A stretch of DNA of 53,873 nt from a virus (taxonomy: Duplodnaviria > Caudoviricetes), in IMG/VR virus record IMGVR_UViG_3300017971_000342, positions 1-53,873 of that record. One strand, written 5' to 3'. The notes beneath the pieces are model-generated. The model saw nothing but the letters and a program-made list of their open reading frames with translations. It did not search any database and had not been told where the DNA came from. A program made the position numbers and the translations under genes. Positions 9,915 to 18,368 of this stretch are shown piece by piece. Within the stretch, counting starts at the first letter, position 1; each line of letters starts with the position of its first letter.

Positions 9915-9959
9915 TTGTAGGCTCCTTGTCAAAAGTGATTGTCATTCATCTGCTCAACA

Positions 9960-10003
9960 GCTGAGCCCATGGCCAGCCTCGTCCATCCCGGACCATGCCG
10001 GGA
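9960..10003 (-). promoter_or_regulatory. Two CAUG-loop hairpins in the capsid 5' leader
   Basis: mRNA sense UCCCGG-CAUGGU-CCGGGA and GCUGGC-CAUGG-GCUCAGC. Confidence 0.6.
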
Positions 10004-10018
10004 ATTTGACACTGAGCT

Positions 10019-10047
10019 ATTATAGCCCAGTGCCATTGTCCCGGCAA
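10019..10047 (-). promoter_or_regulatory. Sigma-70-type promoter for the capsid gene
   Basis: TTGCCG-17 nt-TATAAT. Confidence 0.8.
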
Positions 10048-10053
10048 GAGGGT

Positions 10054-10887
10054 TTACTTCTTCGGGGCAGGTCGAGCACCACCGATGGTCGTACCAGCCA
10101 TCTTGGCCATCTGTTCAGCCTTGGCCACTCCGTGCTCCCTCACATACTTCCCCTGCTCCGTCAGGTTCCAATTGTCGCCACTCCACGGATTGCTGGCCAT
10201 TCCACCCAGGTTGCCGGAGCCCTTGCTCCCGCCACCCTGGTTCATGGGCCACCAATGCGGACGCTTCGGTTGCATCTCCTGAAGCCAGACGTCAGGCGCC
10301 AGGCCAGGAGTGATACCGAAGGGATTTTCCTTGGTCAGGACGGTGCCGTCTTCAGCGACTTCGAAGACCGCACGAGCCAAGAGCTCGACATCGCCCATCG
10401 CCGTGTCCAGCACCTTGGCAGCGCCGGAGGTACACGCCGAACGAACGGCGTCGGTGATGGTCCGCTGGGTCTTCTCCAGAACCATGGCGTTGTAGCTCTC
10501 CTCGATCTCCCCGAGACGTTTCTTCAGGGCAGCCGCCTCCCGTTCCACGGGAGCCATACGCGAGCGAATGCGTGCCTCGGTCAGCTCTTCAAGGCGAGAG
10601 TCCATCTCTTCCTTGTTGCCCTTCGCCGCGATCTCGAGCTCGGTGAAGCGATCCAGCTTACCACGGACATCCTCCAGGTCCAAGCCATCCCAGGCATGGA
10701 GTTTGCCCTTGGTTTCCTTGTGCTCGTCCCGCTCTTTCTGAAGCGAGGAGCTCAGCCGGTCGATGTCAGCCTGCGTCTTGATACCTGCTACACCGGTGAG
10801 ATGGAAGACGCCTTCTCGCTCGGTATAGAGTTCACGGTAGGCTTCGGGGATTTCGTCGAGGGTTTTGTGCGTGACGTTGAGTTCCAT
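10054..10887 (-). CDS. Capsid scaffolding protein
   Basis: Acidic coiled coil, LDEIPEAYRELYTE start, HWWP...GGGS..NPW C-terminus; upstream of the capsid gene. Confidence 0.88.
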   Translation of the reverse strand: MELNVTHKTLDEIPEAYRELYTEREGVFHLTGVAGIKTQADIDRLSSSLQKERDEHKETKGKLHAWDGLDLEDVRGKLDRFTELEIAAKGNKEEMDSRLEELTEARIRSRMAPVEREAAALKKRLGEIEESYNAMVLEKTQRTITDAVRSACTSGAAKVLDTAMGDVELLARAVFEVAEDGTVLTKENPFGITPGLAPDVWLQEMQPKRPHWWPMNQGGGSKGSGNLGGMASNPWSGDNWNLTEQGKYVREHGVAKAEQMAKMAGTTIGGARPAPKK

Positions 10888-10898
10888 GATACCTCCTT

Positions 10899-10968
10899 CT
10901 CTAGGACCATGCCCAGAGGTTGCGACCGCTCATGCGGCCTAGATCATCGGACGGGACCATGCCCCGTC
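10899..10968 (-). promoter_or_regulatory. Three CAUG-loop hairpins in the scaffold 5' leader
   Basis: GACGGG-GCAUGGU-CCCGUC, GGCCGC-AUGA-GCGGUC and CUCUGGG-CAUGGU-CCUAGAG; the last abuts the AGGAGG RBS. Confidence 0.65.
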
Positions 10969-10977
10969 ATCTGAAAA

Positions 10978-11006
10978 ATTATAGCCAGCGATTTTGGATC
11001 TGGCAA
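10978..11006 (-). promoter_or_regulatory. Sigma-70-type promoter for the scaffold gene
   Basis: TTGCCA-17 nt-TATAAT. Confidence 0.82.
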
Positions 11007-11049
11007 ATGTAGTTTATGCTTTACGTAGAGCAATGGTGCTCAATGGAGA
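10992..11049 (+). promoter_or_regulatory. Repeated early-type promoter plus leader hairpin (copy A)
   Basis: TTTTGG-17-TATGCT-TTACGTA-GAGCA-ATGG-TGCTC-AATGGAG; 35 bp identical to the reverse complement of 51291-51325. Confidence 0.75.
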
Positions 11050-11056
11050 TGTGGTC

Positions 11057-11212
11057 ATGGCTGAATACGTGAAACCAACTGAGGCTGAGATGCGAGAGTT
11101 TGATCGTAAGACTTGTCGTGACTGTGGCCACTGGTTGAAGGCTGCTGACCGTAGATATGGCCAGTGCCTCGATTGCGGCCGGACCCTGGATGCTGACCAA
11201 CTCAAGCGCTAA
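11057..11212 (+). CDS. Small zinc-ribbon protein
   Basis: ATG 11057 after GGAG; CRDC...CLDC. Confidence 0.6.
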   Translation: MAEYVKPTEAEMREFDRKTCRDCGHWLKAADRRYGQCLDCGRTLDADQLKR

Positions 11213-11221
11213 GGAGCTATC

Positions 11222-11557
11222 ATGCAGACCGCACGCTATTTCATTCCGACACGAGATGATGTTCAGTCCTTGAAGGTTGGCGACCTGGCCTTGAGCGTAT
11301 TCGGTTGGGCCACTGTGGTTGAGATCTTTGGCGAAGGCGACGACATCAACGGGAAAGCCTACAAGTGCTTCTACGTCGAGACGAGCAAGGGCCTTCGCGT
11401 TTCAAGCAGCTACAAGGAGGACCAGCTGTGCCGTACGATGGACGTGACCCGGATGCATACCTCCTACGACTGTGACCGGATCGAGCGAGACATGCTGGAG
11501 AAGGACACCCGAACGGTCGTTGGCGTGTATGTGGTTGATGAAATCCAGTTCAGCTAG
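11222..11557 (+). CDS. Hypothetical protein
   Basis: AAGGAG RBS; part of a tight plus-strand run. Confidence 0.7.
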   Translation: MQTARYFIPTRDDVQSLKVGDLALSVFGWATVVEIFGEGDDINGKAYKCFYVETSKGLRVSSSYKEDQLCRTMDVTRMHTSYDCDRIERDMLEKDTRTVVGVYVVDEIQFS

Positions 11558-11568
11558 GAGGGGAAGCC

Positions 11569-11751
11569 ATGCGGTTCCTAGTATTCACATCCGACGGCAA
11601 GACACATATCGTGGACGCCCACGCGTCCGATGTAGCGAAGCACGGTGCTCGGCTGGCCATTTGGTGGCGGATGCCGGGATACGGTTGCACTTATGGCCGG
11701 TGGGACCTGGTAGAGTGGTTCCGGTGGCCGCATGGGGAGAAGAGTGTATGA
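11569..11751 (+). CDS. Hypothetical protein
   Basis: AGGAGG RBS; ATGA overlap with the next gene. Confidence 0.55.
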   Translation: MRFLVFTSDGKTHIVDAHASDVAKHGARLAIWWRMPGYGCTYGRWDLVEWFRWPHGEKSV

Positions 11752-11933
11752 AGACATTCACGTTTCAGGTGACCCATCCCTTTGGGATCGGTAGGCACCA
11801 GAAGATCATGACGCATGACGTCAAGATCGAAGCTCGTACCTGTGCCAGCGCTTGGAAGAAGCTGGCGAAGTCTGGTTGGATGGACCACAACTACGTCACG
11901 AACGTCAAATTGCTTAAGGAGCGAAACGGATGA
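11748..11933 (+). CDS. Hypothetical protein
   Basis: Start moved to MKTFTF (ATGA overlap, GGAG RBS). Confidence 0.55.
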   Translation: MKTFTFQVTHPFGIGRHQKIMTHDVKIEARTCASAWKKLAKSGWMDHNYVTNVKLLKERNG

Positions 11934-12190
11934 AGACTATGACCGACACAAACGGACAGCAGTGGAACGTTGGTGACCTCGTTCTTCGAGGAAGCAAGGA
12001 GCAGGGGATCGTCAAGACTATCGTGAGTCAGCGGATCGTGACGGTGCAGTTCCCTGCGAAGCATGTCTGCTGCTTCGTCAACGACCTGGTTAATCTCAGT
12101 AAGCCGAGGGATCCAGACCAGCAGCCCGAAACGCAGCAGCCTCACGTTGTGCGAGTTGGGCCAATGTCAATTCGTCTCCCGCGCGGTTGA
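11930..12190 (+). CDS. Hypothetical protein, possible SH3/KOW-like small barrel
   Basis: WNVGDLV...GIVKTI pattern; AAGGAG RBS; overlaps the 3' end of the MuF gene by 95 bp. Confidence 0.55.
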   Translation: MKTMTDTNGQQWNVGDLVLRGSKEQGIVKTIVSQRIVTVQFPAKHVCCFVNDLVNLSKPRDPDQQPETQQPHVVRVGPMSIRLPRG

Positions 12191-13322
12191 CGAATCGACT
12201 CAGGGGCAGCTCACCACGGCGGAAGAGCCTCGCTCGTGTTGCACCAAGGACGTCGTTCTGGAACTCGACCGATTGCCGGCGGAGCCAGTCGCTGTAGGTG
12301 ACCTTCGCTGGCAATCGTCCGGTCACTTCCCTCAGGCGACGAGCCCGATACGCACCATACTTGGTCTTGGTGCCGTAGGGCAGATCGCGGTATCGTGAGA
12401 CACGGCGGAGGCCTTCTTGGTCGGTGTACTCTCTGAGCATCTGCCGTTCGGTGATTGGCCTTGCCGGCCTCATACCGATGGACTCTTCAGAGATGGAGGC
12501 TACACGGAGCGATCGACACTGGAAGTGGAGAGGAGGCATAGGCCCCTCAGTGATGGGGAATTTCTCCCCGTCTAGGGAACGACAGATGGCGGTTGTTCTG
12601 CCATCGAGCGTCGCCACAAAGATCTCTTTGTCGAAGATGTCCGAGTTGGCCTCGAAGAAGGATGAACGCGCCGCTGTAGAGTAGTGGACGACCGCTGTTC
12701 TGGTGACTGCTTGGACGTGCCTACGCGTCGCCTGGACGACACCGTCCCGACCACCCATAGCACCGGTCCCGATAACTCGTCTGGCGATTGCAGCGGACGA
12801 CTCGCCCTGCACAACACCGATCTTGATGGCGTCTTCTATCCGCTGTAGATCGGATCGGCGGATTGACCTGGCCCAGGAGGAGAGGATCCGGCCTTCGAAG
12901 GGAAGATCCCGTACCAAGGCCATGAGGGTTGCCTTGGATGGAAGGTTCGCAGCAAACTGCACCGGAACCACTGCCTCCAGGGTTGTCCCTAGGAACGAAG
13001 CCTCTTTGCCGATGAACTCCCTCATGGCAGCGTAAAGCTCCGCGTCGGCCTTATCCCAAGCGCCGTTACGTAGGGACCGGATACTTTGTACGAGCTCCTC
13101 CGCTCTCCGCAGCCGCCTGGGCGACAGGGCCTTGTCACCAGCGAGCCTTGACCTGATCATGCCCTCTATGTCCTTCTCGGTTTTGTTCAGCAACTCAATG
13201 ATGTCGTTGCGAACCGAGCCAGCATATCGCATGACGTAGATCTGGTGCCGTACCAGAGCGTCAAACCAGAGCAGGTTTGCCGTCTGTTCAGCGTTCGGAA
13301 AATGGAGGTTCGGATCGATCAT
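12096..13322 (-). CDS. Head morphogenesis protein (MuF / SPP1 gp7 family)
   Basis: ATLDGRTTAICRSLDG...PPLHFQCRS motif; TYSDWLRRQS...VLG..RA.LF C-terminus. Confidence 0.92.
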   Translation of the reverse strand: MIDPNLHFPNAEQTANLLWFDALVRHQIYVMRYAGSVRNDIIELLNKTEKDIEGMIRSRLAGDKALSPRRLRRAEELVQSIRSLRNGAWDKADAELYAAMREFIGKEASFLGTTLEAVVPVQFAANLPSKATLMALVRDLPFEGRILSSWARSIRRSDLQRIEDAIKIGVVQGESSAAIARRVIGTGAMGGRDGVVQATRRHVQAVTRTAVVHYSTAARSSFFEANSDIFDKEIFVATLDGRTTAICRSLDGEKFPITEGPMPPLHFQCRSLRVASISEESIGMRPARPITERQMLREYTDQEGLRRVSRYRDLPYGTKTKYGAYRARRLREVTGRLPAKVTYSDWLRRQSVEFQNDVLGATRARLFRRGELPLSRFVNRAGDELTLAQLAQREAAAFRAAGLDPSAY

Positions 13323-13933
13323 AGGAAGTGGATCGCTATCTTGGCCAGCACGTCGGTGCCGGCATCCTTAGATTCGAGGCAGTGGCCGATCTCCTTGAAG
13401 TGTTCGCTCGTGGTGACCTGGCCAAGGCCAGATGGCGGAGTCGTCACTTCAGCACGGCCATCGGTATCGGAAGACTTGACCCAGTAGCCACGAACCGCAG
13501 CATTGCCATCCTCCAGCAGGACCTCAGCGATACCGCTCATGACCACGAAGCACGGCTGACCGTCGGGCTGACCGTCCTCGTAGACAGCGCCTATGGTGTC
13601 AAACTCGACGGTCTGCAGCGAGAAGGCCAGATCTGTGGTCTCATCGGCATGGACCAGCGAGCCCTTTACGGAGGCAGCGCCGGTCTTGTTCGTCAGCTTG
13701 ACGGCGAAGCCACCCTCGGGAGTGATGAGGTAGTTCTTCCCATAGCCACCGGTCGGGAGGACAGGCCCTTTCGGTCCACGAGCAAAGTGCGTGAACTTCT
13801 TCGGTGCGTCCAGTCCCTGCTTAGCCTTGTCCTCTGCCAGCTTCGTGGCTATATGGAGAAGTAGCTGCTTCGTCGGACCGTCACCGATCTGCTTCAGCAG
13901 CTCACCCATTTCTCCTAGGTTGACGTCAGGCAT
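13319..13933 (-). CDS. Probable head decoration/fiber protein (beta-tulip-like)
   Basis: KLTNKTG...KGSLV...IGAVYE...CFVVMSGIAEV...VRGYWV...IGHCLE pattern recalls capsid cement proteins. Confidence 0.5.
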   Translation of the reverse strand: MPDVNLGEMGELLKQIGDGPTKQLLLHIATKLAEDKAKQGLDAPKKFTHFARGPKGPVLPTGGYGKNYLITPEGGFAVKLTNKTGAASVKGSLVHADETTDLAFSLQTVEFDTIGAVYEDGQPDGQPCFVVMSGIAEVLLEDGNAAVRGYWVKSSDTDGRAEVTTPPSGLGQVTTSEHFKEIGHCLESKDAGTDVLAKIAIHFL

Positions 13934-13935
13934 AC

Positions 13936-14133
13936 TTACTCCGGCTCAATGGGCCTGTAGATCTTCGTTGGTATTGTCGTCATTTTCGACTCGATGGCTG
14001 TCACGATCTGGCTGGCGGTGCGATCCGGCAGACTATGCTGAGCTCGCAGGATGTTGATCTCATCCATCACCACCAGGGCAACCGCCTCAATCAAGGCCGG
14101 ACCAAACTGCTCGTATAGTTCTTCACGTGCCAT
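13936..14133 (-). CDS. Hypothetical protein
   Basis: ATG 14133 after AGGAG. Confidence 0.55.
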   Translation of the reverse strand: MAREELYEQFGPALIEAVALVVMDEINILRAQHSLPDRTASQIVTAIESKMTTIPTKIYRPIEPE

Positions 14134-14141
14134 AGTAGCTC

Positions 14142-14582
14142 CTAGGAGGGATCTCGCCACCAACCCTGAATGACTAGGAAGAACGAGCTGAGCCCTGTCG
14201 CCGGCAACGTATACTCAATCACCTGGCTGCTGTCGCACTCAACATCAAACGTCCCCTCAACCTGGATGCTGGCTGCCTGAGTGACAATTCCGTAGTTGTC
14301 GTACCCATAGGTGATGCCGTTCAGACGAAGGCCCAGGAAACGACCGGCTGCTGTGCAGGCGAGACCGCGCTTGAACCGTACCATGACCGCGTCTGAATCT
14401 GTGACCTTACTGGCCAAGGAGAGATCGTGCCAGGCACCGTCCGCTGTTAGACCACTCGTCTGGCTCCAGTCGAACGCACTGGCTCGGGTTGGGCGTGGCA
14501 CCCATACCAGCCCCTGCTCTGCCGGCGTCAGGATCTCCGGCAGAGACTGCCTCAGTTTCCGTATTTCGTCAGAGTGCTTCAT
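14142..14582 (-). CDS. Probable virion beta-sandwich protein
   Basis: WHDLSL..VT..DA..V, DSSQVIEY and terminal IQGWW resemble fiber C-terminal domains. Confidence 0.5.
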   Translation of the reverse strand: MKHSDEIRKLRQSLPEILTPAEQGLVWVPRPTRASAFDWSQTSGLTADGAWHDLSLASKVTDSDAVMVRFKRGLACTAAGRFLGLRLNGITYGYDNYGIVTQAASIQVEGTFDVECDSSQVIEYTLPATGLSSFFLVIQGWWRDPS

Positions 14583-14622
14583 GATCGGGCCTTTCGAATA
14601 GGAGCGCCTGTTACACCCTATT

Positions 14623-15069
14623 CTACCCGATCATCGGCGGATTGGCCAGCCCATCCAACTTGACGTCCATAGAGGCGAGGGTCGCGATAATCCCCGTCAC
14701 ATCGACGGCGATAGCGTCAACCTTCCCGTCCGTCACGCCGAGGGCGGTATCCAACGCATCGACGCTGGCCTGGACCGCAGTGACCGCAGTCTGGACATCG
14801 CCCACCAGGTCGAAGATACCGTGCGAATCCCACTCCGGCTTGCCGAAGTGCTTTACGGCCTTGCCGCCCTGGTCATCCGAGATCTCGACATGCCAGCCAG
14901 CGTCGTCGGCATCGAAGGTCTTGTAGTATCGGCCGGTCGTGCCGATCGGTGTGGCAGCGCCGGACTGGACGGTGTCTAGGGTCTTGTCGGCCTTATACAC
15001 GTCCACCTGAACGGTCGCACCGGCAGCAGCGCCTGGTGCCTGGTAAATCACTTCAAATGTCTTTGCCAT
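14623..15069 (-). CDS. Probable virion protein: Ig-like N-domain plus heptad stalk
   Basis: VQTAVTAVQASVDALDTALGVTDGKVDAIAVDV heptads; paralogous to 15079..15381. Confidence 0.55.
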   Translation of the reverse strand: MAKTFEVIYQAPGAAAGATVQVDVYKADKTLDTVQSGAATPIGTTGRYYKTFDADDAGWHVEISDDQGGKAVKHFGKPEWDSHGIFDLVGDVQTAVTAVQASVDALDTALGVTDGKVDAIAVDVTGIIATLASMDVKLDGLANPPMIG

Positions 15070-15078
15070 GCTTACCTC

Positions 15079-15381
15079 CTAGAACATCTTGCAGGCATGG
15101 CCGCCTGCGTCATCGTCTACAACTACGAACCACCCTTCCGGATCGGTAAGGGTGAACACCTTGACGTATCGGCCAGTAGAGCCGACCTCACCTGCGAAGC
15201 CGGATGCGAACAACACGTTGTCTGGTCGATATAGCTCATAGCTCACAGTCAATCCCGACGCTGCCCCTGCCGGTTGGTATACAAAGCCCCGTTTTACAGC
15301 ACCTGGGGCACTTGGTGGACTCCCGTCAAGTAGGTCGGCAAGGTCGGTCCGAAGGAGAGCTATCTCCTGGGACGCCTTCAC
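15079..15381 (-). CDS. Probable virion protein, paralog of 14623..15069
   Basis: Shares YQxxGAAxGxTV, GxTGRYxKxF and GWxVxxxDDxGG. Confidence 0.55.
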   Translation of the reverse strand: MKASQEIALLRTDLADLLDGSPPSAPGAVKRGFVYQPAGAASGLTVSYELYRPDNVLFASGFAGEVGSTGRYVKVFTLTDPEGWFVVVDDDAGGHACKMF

Positions 15382-16835
15382 TATTCATCCTCGGTAGGTT
15401 CCTCGTCTCGATTCTGATCCTCATCGATGCCGGTGCCTTCCGGCTCCTCAGGCGCTTCGCTTTCGATCTCGGCCATCTCTTCCTCAAAGTCCATCTCGGT
15501 GAGATCCTTCTCTTGGAGCTTGGCGTGGATCGAACGCTTACTCAGCGGCAGGCCCAGCTGCTTGGCCGTCATCCACTTGACCATGGTGTCGCCGTCGATG
15601 GTGTCATCTGCGAAGTCAAGGTTTGGCGTAACCACAACCGCCTCCGGGTCAGCACCTATCCAGGTGGCGATCGTCCGCAGGATGGCCTGAAGCCCTTCGG
15701 CCCCTGCTCTGGCGATCTGGTTGAGAGATGCAGTGCGAGCCGACACTCTGATTCGCAACGCATCCCCGGACTCGCCTTCCTTACCGCGTGTGTCCAGCAG
15801 CTTGCCGCCGATTTCAGCGGCCTCAGCCTTGTCGTTCTCCATGCTCTTCCGCATCTCCGGAAGGCCCTTGCTCTGGACACCCACATACTTGGCGTCACCG
15901 TTGATCGGTAGGTTCACCACAGCGCCGGCACCGATGCGGGGATTCTCGCCGTCCCCACCCATCAGGACGAGGGTATCCTGACCCTGCATGAAGATCGCCT
16001 GTCTGTAGTCGGCGTCGCCCCTATACACGGTCATGGCAAGCTGAGCCAAGCCCAGAAGTGGCGGATCGTCGGGATCGGCGACGATGTCCTTGCTGTTGAT
16101 GATGACGAACGGGAGCTTGGTCAAAGTATTCCCGCCGATAGACGGGGTGATCATGACCTCCTCGCTGAACTCCATGGTGCCTTCCTCGCGGTAGACGCCC
16201 ATCTGGTAGGTGCCGGCAACTTGATTCTCATCAAGCTCACCAAGCACGAGGAGCCGGTATTTCTTGACCTGCTTCCAGTTGAAGTGGTTCACCCGTTCGA
16301 ACTCGCTCTCGTCCAGCACCACCATATTGAGCACCTGGTAGACGAGCTCGTCCCTACGGCCATCGTCCCAGTTCAGAATGTCCTGGGCCTTGTAGATGGC
16401 GATATAGGGCATGGTGCCGATAGGGCTGTCGTTGGCCACGTCGGCCAGTAGGCCAACCCGACCGGTCGTGAGCTGGTGCTCGTTGATCCGGCGGAGCAGC
16501 ATCTGGAGTGACTCGCCCTTGGTGGTAGCGCTTTCGCGGAGGGCTTCCATCTGCGGAGGCAACTCGATCGTGGCCTCCTTGTGGTGCATGATGCCGAGGA
16601 GGGCCTCAACCGCCTGTGCGACAAAGTCGGGGAACCGGGCGCGTGTCTTGTAGCCGACATAGGACTTGTAGCCGTCCTGACCGTTGTTGAGCCCATCCTC
16701 CTGCTGACCAGGTGTTGCTGGCAGGTAGAGCATGTTCTTGCTCTTTACCTTCCGCTCACCGGCATAGGCGTCGGACATCAAGGTCCAGTCGTCAAAGAAC
16801 TCACCGTATAGGGGATGCTTACCTGAGATGCTCAT
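15381..16835 (-). CDS. Portal protein (DUF4055-type)
   Basis: HPLY...DAYAGE..VK....YLP...Y..RA.F N-terminus, PPLLGLA, ESGDALRIR, acidic tail; follows terL. Confidence 0.93.
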   Translation of the reverse strand: MSISGKHPLYGEFFDDWTLMSDAYAGERKVKSKNMLYLPATPGQQEDGLNNGQDGYKSYVGYKTRARFPDFVAQAVEALLGIMHHKEATIELPPQMEALRESATTKGESLQMLLRRINEHQLTTGRVGLLADVANDSPIGTMPYIAIYKAQDILNWDDGRRDELVYQVLNMVVLDESEFERVNHFNWKQVKKYRLLVLGELDENQVAGTYQMGVYREEGTMEFSEEVMITPSIGGNTLTKLPFVIINSKDIVADPDDPPLLGLAQLAMTVYRGDADYRQAIFMQGQDTLVLMGGDGENPRIGAGAVVNLPINGDAKYVGVQSKGLPEMRKSMENDKAEAAEIGGKLLDTRGKEGESGDALRIRVSARTASLNQIARAGAEGLQAILRTIATWIGADPEAVVVTPNLDFADDTIDGDTMVKWMTAKQLGLPLSKRSIHAKLQEKDLTEMDFEEEMAEIESEAPEEPEGTGIDEDQNRDEEPTEDE

Positions 16836-16844
16836 GTGGTCTCC

Positions 16845-18368
16845 TTAGGACGGGACGCCTCGGCCGCGACCAGACTTCGGTCGCCACCCTGAGAACATGG
16901 TGCGATACCTGGCCTCGTCGGCGATATGGTCCTCGGTATCGGAGTTGACATCGTCGGGATCCTTGTCCAGATCGCGTGGTATCACCGGCACGGTTCGAAT
17001 GAACTGCCGGCAGGTGCTGAAGCAGAACAGCCCAGGAAACTCGCGTGGGCCTGGGACCTCTGGATTGGCAGCCAGGAACCGCTGCCGCATCAACGACCAT
17101 CCGGCCTTCCTCGTCCCGGGACGCTTGTCGGCAGCGACGAAACTGATCCGCCGTTTCTTGCCGTCCACGAACAGAGGAGCCATCATATTTGTCGCGATGC
17201 ATACGCCATTCTCGTTATTGAAGATGCTACCATCGGCTGGACCGGCCTTGCAACGCTCATGGATGCCCATAGCCAGTTCCCGTTCAATTATACCCTTGGC
17301 GATGTCCTTATCCACCATACGGACGCCCTCGTTCGGCTCTCCGTTCCAGCCATACCACTCACCGATACGGAACAGATCGCCCTTGACGGTGCTGGCAACC
17401 TTACCGTTCTTCAGCCGTACATCGGAGCCATCGCTCTCAGCCCACCACCCCACGGAGAACGGCGCTGAGGAGCCCCAGTCGAAGGACCGGTCTATCCGCC
17501 AGCTGTGAGGGATGTCGAAGGGTGGGACAACATGGCGATTCGCATTCCACACATCATCAAACATCCCACCTGCGACGATGTCCCAAGATCCGTCCAGCCA
17601 GGCAGCCAGCTGTGCCTTGTTCCCCTTGGCCGAGGCCTTGATCTTACCCTTGTAGTTCGGGTCGGCCGTCAAGAGGATCTTATTCTCATCAAGACATCCG
17701 TGAATGGCTATGCGGTCCGGGATCTCCGGGTCAGTGTCCTCGATCAGCGTACCAAGGATCTCCCCTGGAGGGACAGGTAGATCGTACCGCATCTTGACCC
17801 AGTTATGGCCAGGACCGTATGGGTTGGTGCTGGCTCGGACCTTTCGAGGCATACCTGGCTTCGTGGACCGGACACAGGAGAACATCTTGAGGAAGAATTT
17901 GGGGTCTGGCCAGGTCGTCAACTCTTCGAAGCACAGCCAGGGCCATTGCTTACCGTGATAGTTCCAGTAATCAGACTCCCTGGCTCCGTAGGAGAACGTC
18001 AGCGTCTCGCCGGTTGGCCAGGTCCAGACATGGCTTGAGCTGTTGTACTTGATCCCAGGGAAGATTGCAGGGAACCACTTGTTGGACTTGACTATGACGT
18101 CGGAGAGCTGAGGAAAGGTCTGACGGAACAGGATGCCACGCCACTCGGCCCCGAAGCCCTGGCCACAGTGCTGAGCGAAGTCCATGAGCAGCGCGTCTGT
18201 CTTACCAGGTCCACGTGTCCCTTCGTAGAGGACCTCCTCAATGGGGCACTGTAGGAAGATCTCTTGGCTACCTGGCTGCGGGCACCATGTGGCTTGGTGG
18301 CCGTCACCGTAGAAGGGCTTGAGCTCCCCTTCCTCCACTCGCCAGTCGACCGTGAGTATCTCACTCAT
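16845..18368 (-). CDS. terL: Terminase large subunit
   Basis: Walker A GTRGPGKT, Walker B LCFEELT, STNPYGPGHNWVK, nuclease RSFDWG and EDHIADEARY. Confidence 0.96.
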   Translation of the reverse strand: MSEILTVDWRVEEGELKPFYGDGHQATWCPQPGSQEIFLQCPIEEVLYEGTRGPGKTDALLMDFAQHCGQGFGAEWRGILFRQTFPQLSDVIVKSNKWFPAIFPGIKYNSSSHVWTWPTGETLTFSYGARESDYWNYHGKQWPWLCFEELTTWPDPKFFLKMFSCVRSTKPGMPRKVRASTNPYGPGHNWVKMRYDLPVPPGEILGTLIEDTDPEIPDRIAIHGCLDENKILLTADPNYKGKIKASAKGNKAQLAAWLDGSWDIVAGGMFDDVWNANRHVVPPFDIPHSWRIDRSFDWGSSAPFSVGWWAESDGSDVRLKNGKVASTVKGDLFRIGEWYGWNGEPNEGVRMVDKDIAKGIIERELAMGIHERCKAGPADGSIFNNENGVCIATNMMAPLFVDGKKRRISFVAADKRPGTRKAGWSLMRQRFLAANPEVPGPREFPGLFCFSTCRQFIRTVPVIPRDLDKDPDDVNSDTEDHIADEARYRTMFSGWRPKSGRGRGVPS

